From positions 4,000,001 to 4,064,000 of the forward strand of contig OY759316.1 of assembly GCA_963662275.1 (NCBI GenBank): a DNA stretch of 64,000 nucleotides. The letters are read 5' to 3'. The position numbers and the translations under genes were made by a program. Of this stretch, positions 60,453 to 64,000 are shown piece by piece. The notes under the pieces are model-generated. The model had not been told where the DNA came from and searched no databases. It saw nothing but the letters and a program-made list of their open reading frames with translations. Numbering within the stretch: position 1 is the first letter of the stretch; every line of letters starts with the position of its first letter. Origin of the DNA: Candidatus Cloacimonadales bacterium (GTDB lineage: Bacteria > Cloacimonadota > Cloacimonadia > Cloacimonadales > DAONDQ01).

Positions 60453-62675
60453 TTATTTCACCAGTACCATCTTCTTATAGGCACTCTTCCCGTTTGCAAT
60501 TATCCTGGCAAAATACACACCCGAAGAAACGGCTATGTCTTTTTCGTCTGTTCCATTCCAAGAAATTGAGTGATTACCCGTATTGAGATTGTCTTTAAAT
60601 AAGCTCTTCACGAATTGCCCTTTGATGTTATAGATATCCAGATTTACCTTTCCGGGTGATGATAGATCAAAGCTGATCGTCGTAGAGGGATTGAATGGAT
60701 TAGGGTAGTTTGATAAGGTTAATGATTTATTTGGTATCACTACTTCATCATTCACAGGTACGATAATATCATCATGATCGTAAAAAGCATCCCAGTAAAA
60801 TTCAGTAAGACCGGAACGAGTTGTTCCTATCCATTTATTATCCTGGCTATCCAAGGTAAGGCAGTTTATGGAATTAACCGGCAGTATCGAATTCTCCCAA
60901 TTAATCAACTCCCAATGCTGCTCATCAAATCGGAGCAGTCCACCTGATGTCATCCACCAATTAGAATACAAACTCAGCCATTTTACATCCTGGGAATCAA
61001 TTGCAATACTCACTATCTGCTGGGGAACTGGAGAATTTGGCAGGATATAAGATGACCAGATACCATCATTGAACTTAGCTAGGCTTACTTCAAAATTTGA
61101 ACTAGAAGTATCAAAGGTACCTATCCAAAGTACACCTTCGTGATCTATGTTAATACTGCTAATAGCATTGAAGGGCAATCCCGAATTTGATGTATTATAG
61201 ATTGTCCAGGCTTCATTATGATAATTAGCAAGACCTTCTCCAGTACCGATCCAAATGTTATCGTCAGTACCGATGGCAATACATGTAACTCCATCTGAAG
61301 GTAAGGGAGAGTTTGATGAATTCAAGTATATCCAATTATTACCATCAAACCTGGCTAATCCATTATGATAGCCAAGATACCAATTTACCAATCCAATCCA
61401 TTTGATTCCCTGGGAATCTATTGAAATACTGGAAATACAATTCATAGGTGCACCTGGATTCGAAGGATTATATACAGTCCAGTTCGAACCATCAAAACAG
61501 GCAAGACCATCGAATGTACCAATCCATTTATGATGCTCTGAATCTTCCGTAATGCAATTGATCCTATTACTGGGTAAACCTGAATTATTCAGATTATAAA
61601 CAGACCAGTCGACTCCGTTGTAACAGGCTAAGCCCCCAAACGATGTACCAATCCATTTATTATTGGTAGAATCAATGGTAATACAAGTTACATCCTCGTA
61701 TGGAACACCCGAATTCGAAGTATTAAATGCAGTCCAGTTTTCACCATCGTATTTGACTATTCCAGAACTACCTATCCATTTATTACCCTGGGGATCGATC
61801 GAAATTGAAGGAATGTAGTTACTGGGTAATCCGGAATTTGATGTATCGTATCTCGTCCAGTTGTTGCCGTCAAATTTGATCAATCCATGAGCTTCCGTGC
61901 CCATCCACTTATTTCCCTGGGAATCAACAACAATTGAGGATGGAATCCACCCAATATAGCCAAGATCTTCAAATGGAGAATCATATCCTGTGCAATTACT
62001 ACCATCAAATTTGACCATTCCATGTGATAAACCCATCCAGATATTATCTTGAGAATCAATTGCCATATTCCAGATATAAGTTAAATCATAAGAATACTGG
62101 GGTATTATATTTGTCCATGCTAGATTATCGTATTTTATCAACCCGTATCCTGTTGTACCAAACCATTTATTATTTTGGGAATCAATGACAATTGAAATAA
62201 GAGAGCTGCCGAGAAGATCATATTCCTGTTGATCATAATGATACCAGTTTTCACCATCAAATTTGGCTACTCCTCCATTATATGCACACCATAGATTTTG
62301 CTGTAAATCAACAGCTAAACAGTGTATTTGATTATTCAATATAGAATTTGAAGTATTATAAACTACCCAATTCTCGTTATCGAAACTCACAAGACCTGCC
62401 TCATATGTTCCTATCCATTTGACACCATCGGAACCAATGGCGAGAGAAGTAATATGATTATAGATTAATCCCGAATTAGATTTATTGAAAAATGTCGTTG
62501 CTCCTGTTAAACGATCGATCTTGACCAGACCTCCGGTTGTTCCCACCCAGAGATAGTTTCCTTCGATTGCAGTACATGTTACATCTTTGCCATAAGTAAA
62601 ATTAACACCTTGGCTTTGAGCAAAAAGCAGTCCTATAAGAGAGACCAAGATAAATGTGAATAAGCTCTTAATCAT
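60453..62675 (-). CDS. Secreted beta-propeller protein with C-terminal FlgD-Ig/T9SS-type sorting domain
   Basis: Repeated 'IDSQGNKWIGT..GL..FDG.NW..YNTSNSGLP'; C-terminal NYPNPFNPSTTI...IYNIKGQ...SSGVYF...KMVLVK. Confidence 0.88.
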   Translation of the reverse strand: MIKSLFTFILVSLIGLLFAQSQGVNFTYGKDVTCTAIEGNYLWVGTTGGLVKIDRLTGATTFFNKSNSGLIYNHITSLAIGSDGVKWIGTYEAGLVSFDNENWVVYNTSNSILNNQIHCLAVDLQQNLWCAYNGGVAKFDGENWYHYDQQEYDLLGSSLISIVIDSQNNKWFGTTGYGLIKYDNLAWTNIIPQYSYDLTYIWNMAIDSQDNIWMGLSHGMVKFDGSNCTGYDSPFEDLGYIGWIPSSIVVDSQGNKWMGTEAHGLIKFDGNNWTRYDTSNSGLPSNYIPSISIDPQGNKWIGSSGIVKYDGENWTAFNTSNSGVPYEDVTCITIDSTNNKWIGTSFGGLACYNGVDWSVYNLNNSGLPSNRINCITEDSEHHKWIGTFDGLACFDGSNWTVYNPSNPGAPMNCISSISIDSQGIKWIGLVNWYLGYHNGLARFDGNNWIYLNSSNSPLPSDGVTCIAIGTDDNIWIGTGEGLANYHNEAWTIYNTSNSGLPFNAISSINIDHEGVLWIGTFDTSSSNFEVSLAKFNDGIWSSYILPNSPVPQQIVSIAIDSQDVKWLSLYSNWWMTSGGLLRFDEQHWELINWENSILPVNSINCLTLDSQDNKWIGTTRSGLTEFYWDAFYDHDDIIVPVNDEVVIPNKSLTLSNYPNPFNPSTTISFDLSSPGKVNLDIYNIKGQFVKSLFKDNLNTGNHSISWNGTDEKDIAVSSGVYFARIIANGKSAYKKMVLVK

Positions 62676-62977
62676 CTTTCCTCCATAGTAATATCAGATA
62701 TTGCTTTTGAATATTTTGCCCCACATGGAAAAGAATTTATAACTCCATGATTTGCATGAAGTTACTTTGAACAAGACTCAATATCATTTATAAATATAAA
62801 ATTCTGCTAGCATTGCAAGATAAATATTATTTATACTTTCCATATGCACTTAATATTCCAAAATTTATGATAAAATAATTAATTATGATTAAGTAGCAGA
62901 TTATTTTCCTTAGCTTAAAACCTCTAGCCTATTCATAATGACAAATTTGAAAATATGCCTTTCCTGCTAATGTGGAA

Positions 62978-64000
62978 TCAACGCTTTTTGCTGTTAAACA
63001 TCGCCTGGTAATCCAGGATATGCATTCCATCAACCCGATCTGCAGTATAGATCTTTCCATTGCTCATCACAAAGCCAAGTGCATTCATATTCCAGGCATA
63101 ATTACTTATCTGTCTAGGTTGTTTGGGATTACTGATATCATAGATACTGAACTCTTTCCAGTTTTCATCATAAATGATCAGGTTATTTCCGTCAAAGGCT
63201 GTAGACCTAATTTTACTTGTCGGATGAGGCTTGATCGATTTCACTACAAACGGAGCTGAAGGTTTTGTCACATCTATGATGACTAAACCAGACTGCCAAT
63301 CTACAACATAGGCATAATTATCTTTGATAGAAACAAAATGCGCATCCCCCTTTGTTGAGCAGGAACCCACTAATTGCAGACTTTCAGGTTTTGATACATC
63401 CACAATTTGTAAACCTCGACCTTCATCTGCGATATAGGCAAGATGATTCAGTATTGTTGCGGAATAGGTATATCCCGGTAGAGTGCAGGAATCAAGCAAT
63501 ATCGTTTTCTTGGGGTTGGAGACATCGTATGTCAGTAGCCTGTATCCGAAAAAGTCTGTCATATAGGCTATACTTCCAATCACTGTAATGGATGTAACGG
63601 ATTTTGATTCTCCAGGGATAATGCAGGAACCAATCAGCAAAGGCTTAGCGGGGTTTGAAATATCAATGATTTTCAGACCTTGTTCAAGTGTGGTCACATA
63701 GGCAGTCTTACCTTCTACAGCTATGTAATTTGGTTGTCCTGATATTGCGATTGAACCCAGTAGCAGCAGCTTTTTAGAATCGGTTACATCCAGAATTTGT
63801 AAGCTATTTGTGTTCACAACATAGGCAGTATTTCCAACAACGTTAACAGAATAAGCAAAATCAGCAGTCTTAAATGAACCTAGGAATTCCGGATTCGTCG
63901 TACTTGACACGTCAAAGACCTGTAATCCTGAATCACCTAAAGCAACATACGCTTTGCTATTTGAAAGAACCACTGAAAACCCCATATCATTCATATTTAA
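62978..64000 (-). CDS. LVIVD-repeat protein (5' end probably outside the window)
   Basis: Repeated 'AYV....GL.I.D.S.P..P'; frame is open to the window end. Confidence 0.85.
   Translation of the reverse strand, partial: LNMNDMGFSVVLSNSKAYVALGDSGLQVFDVSSTTNPEFLGSFKTADFAYSVNVVGNTAYVVNTNSLQILDVTDSKKLLLLGSIAISGQPNYIAVEGKTAYVTTLEQGLKIIDISNPAKPLLIGSCIIPGESKSVTSITVIGSIAYMTDFFGYRLLTYDVSNPKKTILLDSCTLPGYTYSATILNHLAYIADEGRGLQIVDVSKPESLQLVGSCSTKGDAHFVSIKDNYAYVVDWQSGLVIIDVTKPSAPFVVKSIKPHPTSKIRSTAFDGNNLIIYDENWKEFSIYDISNPKQPRQISNYAWNMNALGFVMSNGKIYTADRVDGMHILDYQAMFNSKKR

Overview
AT-rich bacterial chromosomal segment. C-terminal 'YPNPFNP...IYNIKGQ' sorting-type domains, a PorV-like gene and the gene order suggest an FCB-group anaerobe such as Cloacimonadota (inference). 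Housekeeping genes include CoA-transferase A/B, comEC, dxr, uvrD/pcrA, a wecA/mraY-like gene, rarA, rsmI, nadC, rnpB, two tRNA-Val and pyk. Two accessory zones stand out. (1) A ~16 kb defence island (13.7-29.9 kb) holds a type III Res-like helicase-nuclease with no Mod gene, a probably truncated SNF2 helicase, a four-gene Lamassu/ABC-three-component system (MBL hydrolase, trypsin-like effector, middle component, SMC-like ATPase), an Hpy99I-like type II R-M pair and a Fic/Doc pair. (2) A 44-54 kb zone holds decaying toxin-antitoxin modules and two FN3 lipoprotein paralogues with different C-termini. Intergenic DNA is crowded with several families of palindromic and tandem repeats. The most unusual observations: a four-helix-bundle (Avd/IVP-like) gene enclosed by inward-facing TAGGTGY heptamer arrays whose TAGs are the stop codons of both neighbours; a ~61-nt hairpin family with compensatory changes; an eight-copy 55-bp terminator-like array behind rnpB; and orphan LamG C-terminal tails marking a recombination hot spot. 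All family assignments come from motif recognition by eye, with no database search.
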